From the NCBI GenBank assembly GCA_963575745.1, contig CAUYUJ010000325.1, positions 248,001 through 312,000 of the forward strand: a stretch of DNA of 64,000 nucleotides. The letters run 5' to 3'. The stretch is from Prorocentrum cordatum. Its lineage: Eukaryota. Below the pieces are notes generated by a model. That model had not been told where the DNA came from. It worked only from the letters and a program-made list of their open reading frames with translations, and made no database searches. Of this stretch, positions 41,390 through 52,781 are shown piece by piece; the first letter of the stretch is position 1, and the number at the start of each line of letters is the position of its first letter. The translations under genes were made by a program, and so were the position numbers.

Positions 41390-41709
41390 CCCGCAACAAA
41401 TTCTGTCCAAGGAACTCTACGAACCCTCTCATCGGGACCCCGAACGTTGACATACAGGCCATGATAGCCGCTGTCCCGGCAAGCTTTGAAGTGTGGGATT
41501 TTGCACCAGTCATATGTGAAATGAGGACCACCAAGGCCCGTCGGTATAAGAAGCCGAGCCGGCAACTTGACCACCCTTCGGAATAGTAGCGGGGAGCAGT
41601 ATGAAAGTGCCTCAAGATCCCGTTTAGATAGGAAGCAGACTTTGCGGTTAGACCTGCAAAGATTCCCCTGAAAGATAACGTAAGGATCCGAAACCGCGTG
41701 ATGTAACAT
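41383..41709 (-). CDS. Cargo ORF, 108 aa (MLHHAVSDPYVIFQG...TEFVAGQ), unknown
   Basis: Open frame; ATG lies just downstream of SL-like CTGCAGTCTCGGGCTCAAG (41736-41718). Confidence 0.55.
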   Translation of the reverse strand: MLHHAVSDPYVIFQGNLCRSNRKVCFLSKRDLEALSYCSPLLFRRVVKLPARLLIPTGLGGPHFTYDWCKIPHFKACRDSGYHGLYVNVRGPDERVRRVPWTEFVAGQ

Positions 41710-41818
41710 ACCGAAAGCTTGAGCCCGAGACTGCAGGAGCCGACAGGGGTCAAGTGGAGAGAAGGGGCCCATCCCTCCAAAGCCTAAGGGAGGTGAACAG
41801 ACGCCGAGGCCCAAGGAC

Positions 41819-42046
41819 TCAGAGGCTTCCCGAGGGGAGGAAAGGATTGTTGCGAAGCCACGGTACCCCTAAGAACATGTGGAGTGTGACGCATTTCTGT
41901 GGATTGTATGAACCCAAATTTACAGGAACGATCTCGGAACTTTCAATTGCCAGTGCACGTGAGCAGACGGATGCCCATGCCTCGAATACACAACACTGGA
42001 GAGATTTTGAATTCCATGGCCTGACGACCCTCTGAGGGGCAAGCAT
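41819..42046 (-). CDS. Cargo ORF, 75 aa (MLAPQRVVRPW...), unknown
   Basis: First ATG after SL relic 42103-42124; start context TCATGCTTGC is shared with the internal ATG at 41291 of the Trp-rich ORF. Confidence 0.5.
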   Translation of the reverse strand: MLAPQRVVRPWNSKSLQCCVFEAWASVCSRALAIESSEIVPVNLGSYNPQKCVTLHMFLGVPWLRNNPFLPSGSL

Positions 42047-42102
42047 GAGAGTGTGTTCCCAGATAACTTGAGAAGAGGTTGAAGCAAAACGAGGTAAGAC
42101 GG

Positions 42103-42124
42103 ATTGAACCAAAATGACTACAGA
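42103..42124 (-). promoter_or_regulatory. Dinoflagellate spliced-leader relic
   Basis: TCTGTAGTCATTTTGGTTCAAT matches the SL at 18/22; the three internal differences are all C>T. Confidence 0.85.
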
Positions 42125-42216
42125 AAAGCACCAGGACACCAAGACAATCGACAGATGGAGATCCAGGAGATGGGGAGACAGGGGTGTGAGGTACACTTTA
42201 TCAGGGATCGGACGGC

Positions 42217-42756
42217 AGTCATCGTCCTGGCCAACGTAGTGAGATTAACAATCCCAGGCCAAACCCATTTTGAACTGAAGTAAAGAAGCAAACTAAGCGC
42301 AAAGCAACCCCAAGTTGAAACTTGTCACGTCGAGGCTGTGGGAAATGAGCAAGAACCGACCCCACTACTTTGGCCCCGACAATCGGATTGAGAAGAGCAT
42401 GATGTAATCCCAGCTCATGAGAAATGACCTGAAGGCCCAATGAAATGAAGCACTTGTAATCCCCGATATTCCCAGATTGAACCAAGAGTCACCGTCCTGG
42501 CCAACGTAGTGAGATTAACAATCCCAGGCCAGACCCATTTAGAACTGAAGTGTAGAATCAAACTAAGCGCAAAGCAATCCCAAGTTGAAACTTGTCACGT
42601 CGAGGCTGTGGGCAAAGAGCAAGAATCGACCCCACTACTTTGGCCCCGACAATCGAATTGAGGAGAACATGATGTAATCCCAGCCCCAGAGAAATGACCT
42701 GAGTGCTCAATGAAATGAAGCACTTGTAATCCCATATATTCCCAGATTGAACCAAG
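42217..42756. repeat. Two tandem 270-bp direct repeats plus a partial third (also at 50924-51463)
   Basis: Copies at 42217-42486 and 42487-42756; each begins on the minus strand with SL-like CTTGGTTCAA and carries a ~75-90 codon frame lacking an ATG start. Confidence 0.9.
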
Positions 42757-42816
42757 AAATGAGCTGAGGGCCCAATGGAATGAAACACTTGAGCCGTATC
42801 TTCGGAACGATCTTGA

Positions 42817-43872
42817 TCACATCAGGAAGCGAGGTTTGCAAAGCAAATGGCACCTTACATTGGCCCCGTTACTCCCAGACTCCACCGTGATAAGATCTCC
42901 CACATCTTCAAACATATCCTTAATGAAGAGGAGGGCCACAATGCAGCTGCCAGCAAAGATCTGCGATTTGTCATGGGGCCTCTCCTGCTTTGGGCAGACC
43001 TCTGGGCCAATAAAGGCCTCTTTGGTGTAAAAGCGCGCATTGAACAAATGAATGTCCTTGAAACGAAATGTTTGGAGCCCAAAGTGCCAAAGAATCTTCG
43101 TGACATCCCTGGTAGTGAGGTATCCGTGCTCTCCCAAGACTGGAATGCTGTCTGAAACCAAGGGACCTTGATTATCAATGATGAAAGGCGTCAGCTCACG
43201 AACTGTGATGATTTGGAAATGTTCTCCAACCTTGGCCTTGAAGGTATTCAAACCCGTGAGCTGAGGTACGAAAACCATAATGTAACGCCTTGAGCTCGTG
43301 TGGTCTGTGCCGCCCTTCGGAGCGAATATTGGGCAGCCTGAGTGGTCGTGTTCCAACTGTGACTTGAACACAGGTGGGCCCAACTTGCTGATCCAGGGCT
43401 TCTTGTCCTGTTCCCAGCTTTTGGGAGCTGGTTGCGACCTCCTGTCAGGCGAGTCGACCTCCGCTTCAGATCCTGAGGTAGAGCCCCTGGTGTCTGAGCC
43501 CCCCGAAGACGGGGGGGAGTGCCTGACAGGCGCTTCCTCTCGGTAGTCCTGTGTCTCTGGCAAGGCCTCGTCCGGATCTGGCTTGGAAACCGACGCACCA
43601 CCCTGCAATTGTTTCTTGGACCCACCTGAGAACTGCATCTTCCTGGCAATCGGTGATCGGCTCCGAGACAAGGAGTCACCCCTGTGCACAGGTGCTGGAG
43701 GCGGGGTAGGGAGCACCCTGGACTCGCGAGAGTCAGCACCTGACGATGCTTTAGCCTTGAGGCCCTGATTCCTGATCTCGACCGTCCTCGCTTGGTCCTC
43801 CTTTTTCTGCTCGAGCTTCTTCTGCAGCTTGGCTTTCTTCTCATTCGTGGTAAGCACGGGCTTCGGCTCCAT
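42817..43872 (-). CDS. Cargo ORF, ~351 aa (MEPKPVLTTNEKKAKLQKKLEQKKEDQ...): Lys-rich coiled coil, disordered linker, globular C-terminal domain
   Basis: Long open frame immediately downstream of the RT stop and SL relic 44065-44080. Confidence 0.75.
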   Translation of the reverse strand: MEPKPVLTTNEKKAKLQKKLEQKKEDQARTVEIRNQGLKAKASSGADSRESRVLPTPPPAPVHRGDSLSRSRSPIARKMQFSGGSKKQLQGGASVSKPDPDEALPETQDYREEAPVRHSPPSSGGSDTRGSTSGSEAEVDSPDRRSQPAPKSWEQDKKPWISKLGPPVFKSQLEHDHSGCPIFAPKGGTDHTSSRRYIMVFVPQLTGLNTFKAKVGEHFQIITVRELTPFIIDNQGPLVSDSIPVLGEHGYLTTRDVTKILWHFGLQTFRFKDIHLFNARFYTKEAFIGPEVCPKQERPHDKSQIFAGSCIVALLFIKDMFEDVGDLITVESGSNGANVRCHLLCKPRFLM

Positions 43873-44064
43873 CTTATCAAAACGCTTCCGAGCCCAACAA
43901 TCCAAGGCGTGGCGATCGAATCCAAAGAAAAGAGGAACTGTCGGCTGAATCTGATTCCCAACCAAATCCAGATCCTGAGAGTAACAGGTGTCCGTGGTGA
44001 AAAGAAAGGTAGCCCCGCTGGGCGCAGTACGGTAACAAATGTGAGTCTGGATCACGCCAGACAA

Positions 44065-44080
44065 AGCCAATGGCTACTGA
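44065..44080 (-). promoter_or_regulatory. SL relic overlapping the RT stop codon (copy at ~52773-52788)
   Basis: TCAGTAGCCATTGGCT; the TAG at 44076-44074 terminates the RT ORF. Confidence 0.7.
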
Positions 44081-47006
44081 AGGCGAAGGTGAAGCGGTTG
44101 CCGAACCCAATCAAGCATTTCTTGAGCAAGACCCAAACGAAACTTTTTGTCCCGGGAGCCCTGAGGGGAGAATAAGGTGGTCCAGGCATCCTTGTCATAC
44201 CTGAAAACATATCCCCTATGCGAGCGTGAGTGGGTACGGCTGCCCCCAAAGTTATCAAAGGAGCGATTCTGAATGACCCAATGCTTGCAATATTGAAACA
44301 GCCTCGACGAAAAATCTTCTGGATGTCTTTGCATGTGTGAAACCCAACTAATAGCTGAATCCAAATGGAAAATAGCCCATGAAACATCTTTGTATCCCTT
44401 GGTTTTGCGATTTCTGCGTAAACTAAACTGTTCGGGAGATTCCCCCGGGAGCCTTTTGAGTTTCAACATGATCCTGATACATTGATTTTGAGCCTTGGTA
44501 ATCAAATCCGCCGTCGTCTTACAAGGGACCCAGGCAGCACCTCTGGAGCGGATAATCCCCCCCGCCATACAGTTAAGTTTTGAGAGACGTTTTGACATGG
44601 GGATCTGCTCGCTGATCAAGAACCTACTGTTAGCCCAAAAGGCTTTGTTAATCTGTGAAATACCCTGCTTGACATCTTCGTGACAGGATCCAGTGGCAGA
44701 GAGAATCGGACCCAACACCTTAGCCTCCGGTACAACAGACCAAGTTTTCCCAAAGGGATCGGACCAATTGTATCCTTGAAAGAAATAGGGGTAGGCCGGA
44801 AGGATTTCCCGATCGTCTTTGAGTTTGAGCCGATGTTCATTCCAGAGCTCCGACTCTACCAGTGCAGTCAGAGTTGCAAGGACTTGTTCCGAGGACGCCA
44901 CCACGAAGATATTATCTGACCAGCTGAGAAGGGCAATCCTGAAATCGAAGCCCAACTGCTCACAACGGATAGAGATTCCCAAAGAAGAATGGTGATTTTC
45001 TCCAGGGTGGAGGCGAAGCAATCTTCTACGGAAGCGCGCGCCAGTATGCATGCAGTCCCAGCTCCCTGCATCAACCCACGGTCTCTCTGGATAATCCCAG
45101 TGTTTGAGTCCAAAAGAGAGATGGAGACTCGAGGGTTCCTATGCAATCTGATGCAGCCAACTGTTAAAAAAGAGGGACTCCCCGTCCCAGTAGACTCCGC
45201 AGGACTAATCCATAACGAATCTGATCGTGGTGAGCTTTGATGTCAGTAATCCCAACCATTCTTTTGTTAAAATGATCTCGGCCGTATTCTAAAATGTGAT
45301 AGACACTGGTATGAAGTTCTTGTAATTGTCCACCTTTGCTGAGCCCAAAAATAAGACCTTTGAGACCTTTTGAATCAGTGTATGAATCCAAAACTGGCAG
45401 AATGGCCCTTGCCACATATGCGTGCCCGATCTTGGCAATTGCTGGCTGGGGAATGACAACTCTGGTTTGAGAGGGGGTTCCAAAACCCTTGATCTTGTTA
45501 CCCAGGTGGCCCCCGAATGTGACATCATTCCAAAATTCGGGATCGCCTAGGCAGGCCTGTATACACCCCGTGAGCCTCTGGGACCATCCCGAGGCTTTTA
45601 CTACCGCCGTACAGGCGAACTCTGTGTCGATCTTACGGGGTGCCTTGATGTTGTCCAGCGCGTCTTCCAGCAGGGAAGGAATGATGGGGTCGTTGTAGAA
45701 GTTGAAGAAACCCAAAGAGCGAAGCCAGGCGAAGTCCTCTTGCCGCTCCGATTCTGAGAGTCCCCACCTCTCGCTGTATTCTTCAGCCACCAGTTTGGTA
45801 CAGCGGTCCACTTCAAAAATCTTGACTTGATCTACACAGAAACCCAAAATGGGTAGGAGTGTCTTGCGGGAGGCCCAGACCTGTTTTCCTTGAGAGGCGT
45901 TGAGCGCAACCTGAGCCAAATCGCGTTGAAGTCTAGTTATTTTGAGAGCTTTCAAGAGGAGCTGACCCAATGAGACCCTCGTGGCTTCGTTAAGTTCGGA
46001 GTTGAACCGTGTCCTGAGACTCTTGACCCAAAATGGCTCTTCGGCAAATCTCCTAAAACTCCTTGGGGGAGCCTGAGTCGCTTCATAAACCTGGCCCAAC
46101 ATGTTCCCAGAAATCAAAGGAGAGGGTGAGGTCCCTTGGGTCATGATACCTGACCGCACATGAATCGGGCTGTTCTTCGTCATTTAAACGAATAAGTTCC
46201 GATGATTCGGGAAACAGACCTTGGGCGATCTTCCTAACCTCCAAAATGTTTGTAGGAGTCCACCTGAGAGGTCTCCTCTTACGCATCTGCTGGTGAAAGG
46301 CCAGCACATCACAGCCAACAAGAGCATGGTCCCCTGGGACGCCCGCCCAGCGGGCGAAACAATCAAAAGTGAGATCACTCCTGGCGAGAGCTATGTGATC
46401 GATCGTGCTGTTGGCCAGAGAGAGCGCCTGATCACCATCAGGCTTCCTAGTGAATTGCATGGAGGTCTCTTGGAACCTGAGAGGACACCAACGGAGATTG
46501 AGGCATGAACAAGCTTCACTGAATGATCGGAATTTCGGATCTCCGTTACCTTGATCGGCATTCATGTCCCCCAACCAAGAAAGAGTAGACCCCACGGGGC
46601 GGGATCGACCGAGTTGGATGGCACAGTTGAGAGAATCATGGAAAAAATCGTGGGCAAGATGAGAGAAGAGAAAGGATCTGGCATGATGGTGGCAACCATC
46701 GAGACAGTCGGGACGAAGATCAACACGGATAGATCTCCAATCGCAGACAATGTCTTTCACACGTTTTCTCAGAGACTTGTGCACAAGCACGCCCATGGCC
46801 CTACACCCAGGGCCAGAGTGATGGCGGTAGTAAGCGTGGCCATTGAAAACAGGGCGTAGTAGCCCATCGTTTTGAAGACAGCCCTTAAAATCCGCCTCTA
46901 AGATACAAATTAAGCCCCAGCACTTCAGCTCGAGCAAATCTAGGTTGGCTTGCATTTGAGTCTCGTCGGCCCTTTTACCCTGCACAGCTGAAACTCGAGA
47001 GGTCAT
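44074..47006 (-). mobile_element. Non-LTR retrotransposon APE endonuclease plus reverse transcriptase, copy 1 (about 3 apparent frameshifts)
   Basis: APE motifs CILEAD, GDMNA, TIDHI, GDH; RT motifs TRVVIPQPAIAK, FGLSKG, DIKAHHD, RGLMQG, LLSWSDNI, KVLG. Confidence 0.92.
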
Positions 47007-47644
47007 CGCAGTCCTAGTGCCTTGGCCTAATTACCACGTGCTTCTAACGCTTTGAGCGTCTCTACGGAAATGCACCTCGTCCAGAAAAAACTGTGGAGGT
47101 GCGTGGCAGGAGGAGGTGCCAGATGAGGAGGAAGAGGAAGTGGACCGATTCTAAAGTTCGCCTGCACAAGGCACGCGATTCGGGGCAGGGGATCGGGGGT
47201 GGGAAATAATTATTGGCGGCCCCTCTATTAGCAATAGTTTGTTCCGATGTTCGTATCCGCCTCGTATACACTTCTGCCCCATTCTTCCTCTCCCACCTCC
47301 TCTTCCTCCTCCCTCTCCTTCCCGTCCTCCTCCCGCCCTACCCTGCCCCTTATCCTCATTATTCCCCTTTTCCTTCCTCCTCCATCACTTCTTCGTCCTG
47401 CTCCCCCCCCTTCCTGCTCCTCTTCCTCCTTCTCTTGATCCTGCTCCTCCCCCCTCCTGGATGGGCCGCTGGGCAGGTGGCGCGAACGACGAGATGGGCC
47501 AGATGGAGGGGGCCCGCTGACGGTGAGAGGCACCGTCTCGCTTCCTCGCGCCAGCCGGCCTCGATGCTCGCTCCCCATGTCTCATTATCCTCCACATCCT
47601 CCTTCTCCTTCTCCTTCTGCAGGTCTCAATTGGGCGGCGGTCCT

Positions 47645-47930
47645 CTATGGCCGACGCTGGTTGCGCCGACGCCTGCGGCCCTGCTGCGCACCGCGCTTGG
47701 GCGGCGCGGCATAGAAATTCTTGGCCGTGCCCGAGTACCCGCACACGTTGAAGCAGCTGAACACTGTCTGCTCCAATCGCCTCCTATGGGCCCGCGACGC
47801 AGCCTGCCGCAGGGTAAGGTTCAACGTCTCATCCACAAACGTGGAATACCAAGACGGGTTGCCAAGATTCCAAGACCTGCGTTGAGCGCGAACCAACGTT
47901 ATGCAACCCCGCCAACCCCATACAAGGAGT
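47645..47930 (-). pseudogene. Possible C-terminal fragment of a DDE (CMC/Plavaka-like) transposase (copy at 56350-56635)
   Basis: LGNPSWYSTFVDETLNLTLRQAASRAHRRRLEQTVF resembles the GNP..Y...DE..N segment of such proteins; recalled similarity only. Confidence 0.3.
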
Positions 47931-48724
47931 AAACTAATAGCGTCAGATGGTTTCCTCCTTGGGGGAACGGTTCGCCCCCGCCCTCCCCCCCCGACATCTT
48001 GCGCCCGAAACTTTCCGCCCCTCTGCCTTTCTATCCCCCGCGCGTCGGCGCTTGGCCAGGCCAAGCGATGAAATCAAACTATTGAAGAAGTCTCAGGCGG
48101 GCGCCGAACTGGATCGCGAAGTAACTGCACCTTGCATGCCTACCGAATTTCTTCTCGCCCTCGCACGCGCGCGGGCGCCGTCCTATATCAGGCCCGTTAG
48201 GCCTGAGTTGGACCCCTACGAACCTCGACGCTTACTATTCATTTCGACCATATTCCCCCATCCCCCCCCCCCCTACTCCTCCTCCCCCCATCCGTCTCCC
48301 CCTCCTGCGCGTGGCCAGGCGGGGGCGCGCGCGGCGTTGGGGATATGCGACGCACTCGCGACCCATCCCCCCGCCCACCCCCTTCTCCCCCCCCCCCCCC
48401 CTCCCCCGCGGGAGAGGGGGGGCGGGGCGATGGCAGGAGGCGAAGGAGGAGGGGGTGGAGGAGAAGGGAAGAGGAGGGAAGGAAGGGGCAGATGAGGATA
48501 AGGAGAGGGAGGAGAAGATGAAGCGCGGGGGAAGTGGATGACGGGAAGGTGGAGGAAGCATGCGTTCCCCTCTCGAAATGGCACCCCGATCAGGTCCCCG
48601 AGCTCACCATCCTGCAGGCGCTTCGGCCGCTCGCTTTTTGCCTGCCGTGAGAACCCCCTCTCCCATCCCTCCCCTCTCCTCCTTCCTCCTCATTCCCTCT
48701 TCCCTCCTCCATCCACTATCTCTT

Positions 48725-48767
<43 letters not shown>

Positions 48768-48770
48768 TTT

Positions 48771-48786
48771 GTAGTCTCGGCTCGAG
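48771..48786 (+). promoter_or_regulatory. Polypyrimidine tract plus SL-like relic upstream of ORF1 (copy at 57476-57491)
   Basis: (CT)n-TTTTT then GTAGTCTCGGCTCGAG, close to the minus-arm relic GCAGTCTCGGGCTCAAG; 160 bp upstream of the ATG. Confidence 0.5.
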
Positions 48787-48930
48787 AGTACCCTGCACTC
48801 AGACCGCAGCCGCGACGCGAAGCGCCCCGCCTCGGAGTCAGACTCCCAGGCCTCGCGACACCGGAGGGGTCCCAGCAGGACCCTACTGATTCGCGTCACC
48901 TCTTCCCCCCCCGCCAGAGCGCCCGCCGCA

Positions 48931-50713
48931 ATGGCCCCCGCCAAGCCGGAGCGCCGTCGCTCTTCCAAGCGGCCGCCGAGCTCACGTCCTGCAGCTGAAG
49001 GGTCTCTCCTCCAACGCAAACAGGACTGCATTGCAGCTTTCAAGCAAGCGGGGTCTGACCGCCCCACGGCCGCATACAACGGGCTCGCCGAGCTGAACGC
49101 GGACGAGCTGCAGGCCACGTACGACATGCACAAGACCAACACAAAGAAGCTCGGCAGTGCCTTGATCCGCATGTGTGCCGCCAACCAGATTAGCTACACG
49201 CTGGATCACCACCAGCGCAGCAAGCCTAAGCGCAGTGGTGGTGACACATCTTACCCACCAGCTGCGTCCGCACGTCTTCAGGCTGCGGACGCCCAATTCA
49301 TTGCCTTGGACCCGGCCTTCTGGAAGGTCCCAGTCCTGGCCGAACCCACATCACTTGACGACGGCAAGACGTACAAGCCCAGCATCAGCCTCCACGACTA
49401 CGAGAGCGGTGAACGGCTGCTGCAGCACCACCTCGTGCAGGGTAAGCGTACCACGGGTCAGCTTGCGATTGCTGTCATGGGCCCAAAAAACGATAACTAC
49501 GTCGGTACCGAGCTCGCCGTCCCCGTGCTGAAGCGCACCCCAAGGCGCCCAAAGTGGTCCACACGCACGTCCCCGTGACCGTGTACCAGCTGGGCACCAA
49601 GGAAGTCGCCTGCACGGAAAAAGTAGCCGTCGCCACCATTGATCCTGCCGACCACGCATGCTGGATTCGGGTGACCATACATGAAACCGAAGCCATCGCC
49701 GCAGTCCCCTCCATGCATCAGGCCTTCGAGGATCAGTTTTCGGGAGGCGCCCCCGTGAACGGTGGTCCACGCGCCAAGGGTCCTTTCCGAGGGGATTCCG
49801 CTCCACAGGACAAGGCGCGCCAAAACCAAAAGCACAGGGAGTCCAAGAAAGACGCTCGCCGCCAGGAGCTCGATAGTCAGATCCAGGACACCTTCAAGGC
49901 CCTCTTCCACGGCAACTTTAAAGCCGTCACCATCCTCGAACCCTGCAAAAGCCTAGGCAGGTACGGATCGGGCGTCGGAAAGAGGTCCCTGGCTGCCACC
50001 TTCGGCGTCAGTCTTCAAGCGGTTGACAAGGTCTTGGCGGGTTCAGGGCAACTCGGCGCCACCTATGACCTCAGCAACGTAGGTGCAGACGAGCCCACTG
50101 CAGACAAGTACCAGACCGTGTGGTTCCCTGAGGACCAGCCCATCACGATGGCAGATGCGTTCCAGAAGTCGGTGGACTTCAAGGCCCTAGGAGTCGTCAG
50201 GCATGGCAAGTCAGGCTTATTGGGGATCCGTGTTGCACGAGGGTCAGACGCCGCCAAGGCTGCTGCCGTCAGCATCCGTGGCTGTGAAGCCACCCTCGCC
50301 AAGACGCGATACCGCATCACTGGCATTGCGGCACGCCACGCCACGCTGACCCAGCTCGCTAAGACTCTCACGGGCCCGTCCGTCAAATGGGACTGTGAGG
50401 TCTACCACGCCGCCTGGGACCCAGCCACTTCGGCTCAGTTTGCCTTAGTGCGCGCCCATCGTCCCCACCCACATATACGGTACAGGTCGCAGGGTGCCCC
50501 ATCCCGTGGAGCATCACCGAGGCCCCGTTGGCTGAGGTCGTGCCGAAGAGGGACAACGTTACCATTGTCACCCCTACAACTATCACAGAGCCTGTGACGC
50601 CGCCCGCCCGTGGTGGCGGCTTCAGCCCCGCCACGGGCACACTCCTAACCAAAGCGGCCCAGAGCCCCTACCTCCACGACCTCATGACTGCCACGCCAAA
50701 GGCAAGGGCGTCG
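48931..50713 (+). CDS. LINE ORF1/gag-like protein, copy 1 (two 1-nt frameshifts, truncated by the gap)
   Basis: Near-identical to 57636-59414. Confidence 0.65.
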
Positions 50714-50813
50714 NNNNNNNNNNNNNNNNNNNNNNNNNNNNNNNNNNNNNNNNNNNNNNNNNNNNNNNNNNNNNNNNNNNNNNNNNNNNNNNNNNNNNNN
50801 NNNNNNNNNNNNN
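50714..50813. other. Assembly gap, 100 N
   Basis: Directly visible. Confidence 1.
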
Positions 50814-51523
50814 AACCAAAATGACTACAGAAAAGCACCAGGACACCAAGACAATCGACAGATGGAGATCCAGGAGATGGGGAGACAGGGGTGAGAGGTA
50901 CACTTTATCAGGGATCGGACGGCAGTCATCGTCCTGGCCAACGTAGTGAGATTAACAATCCCAGGCCAAACCCATTTTGAACTGAAGTAAAGAAGCAAAC
51001 TAAGCGCAAAACAACCCCAAGTTGAAACTTGTCACGTCGAGGCTGTGGGAAAAGAGCAAGAACCGACCCCACTACTTTGGCCCCGACAATCGGATTGAGA
51101 AGAGCATGATGTAATCCCAGCTCATGAGAAATGACCTGAAGGCCCAATGAAATGAAGCACTTGTAATCCCCGATATTCCCAGATTGAACCAAGAGTCACC
51201 GTCCTGGCCAACGTAGTGAGATTAACAATCCCAGGCCAGACCCATTTAGAACTGAAGTGTAGAATCAAACTAAGCGCAAAGCAATCCCAAGTTGAAACTT
51301 GTCACGTCGAGGCTGTGGGCAAAGAGCAAGAATCGACCCCACTACTTTGGCCCCGACAATCGAATTGAGGAGAACATGATGTAATCCCAGCCCCAGAGAA
51401 ATGACCTGAGTGCTCAATGAAATGAAGCACTTGTAATCCCATATATTCCCAGATTGAACCAAGAAATGAGCTGAGGGCCCAATGGAATGAAACACTTGAG
51501 CCGTATCTTCGGAACGATCTTGA

Positions 51524-52580
51524 TCACATCAGGAAGCGAGGTTTGCAAAGCAAATGGCACCTTACATTGGCCCCGTTACTCCCAGACTCCACCGTGATAA
51601 GATCTCCCACATCTTCAAACATATCCTTAATGAAGAGGAGGGCCACAATGCAGCTGCCAGCAAAGATCTGCGATTTGTCATGGGGCCTCTCCTGCTTTGG
51701 GCAGACCTCTGGGCCAATAAAGGCCTCTTTGGTGTAAAAGCGCGCATTGAACAAATGAATGTCCTTGAAACGAAATGTTTGGAGCCCAAAGTGCCAAAGA
51801 ATCTTCGTGACATCCCTGGTAGTGAGGTATCCGTGCTCTCCCAAGACTGGAATGCTGTCTGAAACCAAGGGACCTTGATTATCAATGATGAAAGGCGTCA
51901 GCTCACGAACTGTGATGATTTGGAAATGTTCTCCAACCTTGGCCTTGAAGGTATTCAAACCCGTGAGCTGAGGTACGAAAACCATAATGTAACGCCTTGA
52001 GCTCGTGTGGTCTGTGCCGCCCTTCGGAGCGAATATTGGGCAGCCTGAGTGGTCGTATTCCAACTGTGACTTGAACACAGGTGGGCCCAACTTGCTGATC
52101 CAGGGCTTCTTGTCCTGTCCCCAGCTTTTGGGAGCTGGTTGCGACCTCCTGTCAGGCGAGTCGACCTCCGCTTCAGATCCTGAGGTAGAGCTCCTGGTGT
52201 CTGAGCCCCCCGAAGACGGGGGGGGAGTGCCTGACAGGCGCTTCCTCTCGGTAGTCCTGTGTCTCTGGCAAGGCCTCGTCCGGATCTGGCTTGGAAACCG
52301 ACGCACCACCCTGCAATTGTTTCTTGGACCCACCTGAGAACTGCATCTTCCTGGCAATCGGTGATCGGCTCCGAGACAAGGAGTCACCCCTGTGCACAGG
52401 TGCTGGAGGCGGGGTAGGGAGCACCCTGAACTCGCGAGAGTCAGCACCTGACGATGCTTTGGCCTTGAGGCCCTGATTCCTGATCTCGACCGTCCTCGCT
52501 TGGTCCTCCTTTTTCTGCTCGAGCTTCTTCTGCAGCTTGGCTTTCTTCTCATTCGTGGTAAGCACGGGCTTCGGCTCCAT
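51524..52580 (-). CDS. Second copy of the ~351-aa cargo ORF (extra base in a G run at ~52220)
   Basis: Near-identical to 42817-43872. Confidence 0.7.
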
Positions 52581-52781
52581 CTTATCAAAACGCTTCCGAG
52601 CCCAACAATCCAAGGCGTGGCGATCGAATCCAAAGAAAAGAGGAACTGTCGGCTGAATCTGATTCCCAACCAAATCCAGATCCTGAGAGTAACAGGTGTC
52701 CGTGGTGAAAAGAAAGGTAGCCCCGCTGGGCGCAGTACGGTAACAAATGTGAGTCTGGATCACGCCAGACAAAGCCAATGG

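Noticed and set aside
42836..46860. Plus-strand ORFs over the RT arm, and minus-strand ORFs over the ORF1 arm
   Set aside because: They are antisense shadows of the real coding frames.
44074..47006. Prokaryotic RT system (retron, DGR, group II intron)
   Set aside because: The N-terminal APE domain and motif spacing are non-LTR type; no retron ncRNA or TR/VR pair is evident. The 270-bp repeats differ at varied bases, not only adenines.
47950..48700. Spliced gene in the central spacer
   Set aside because: Exon-like islands exist between CT/GA tracts, but I could not build a phase-consistent model on either strand.
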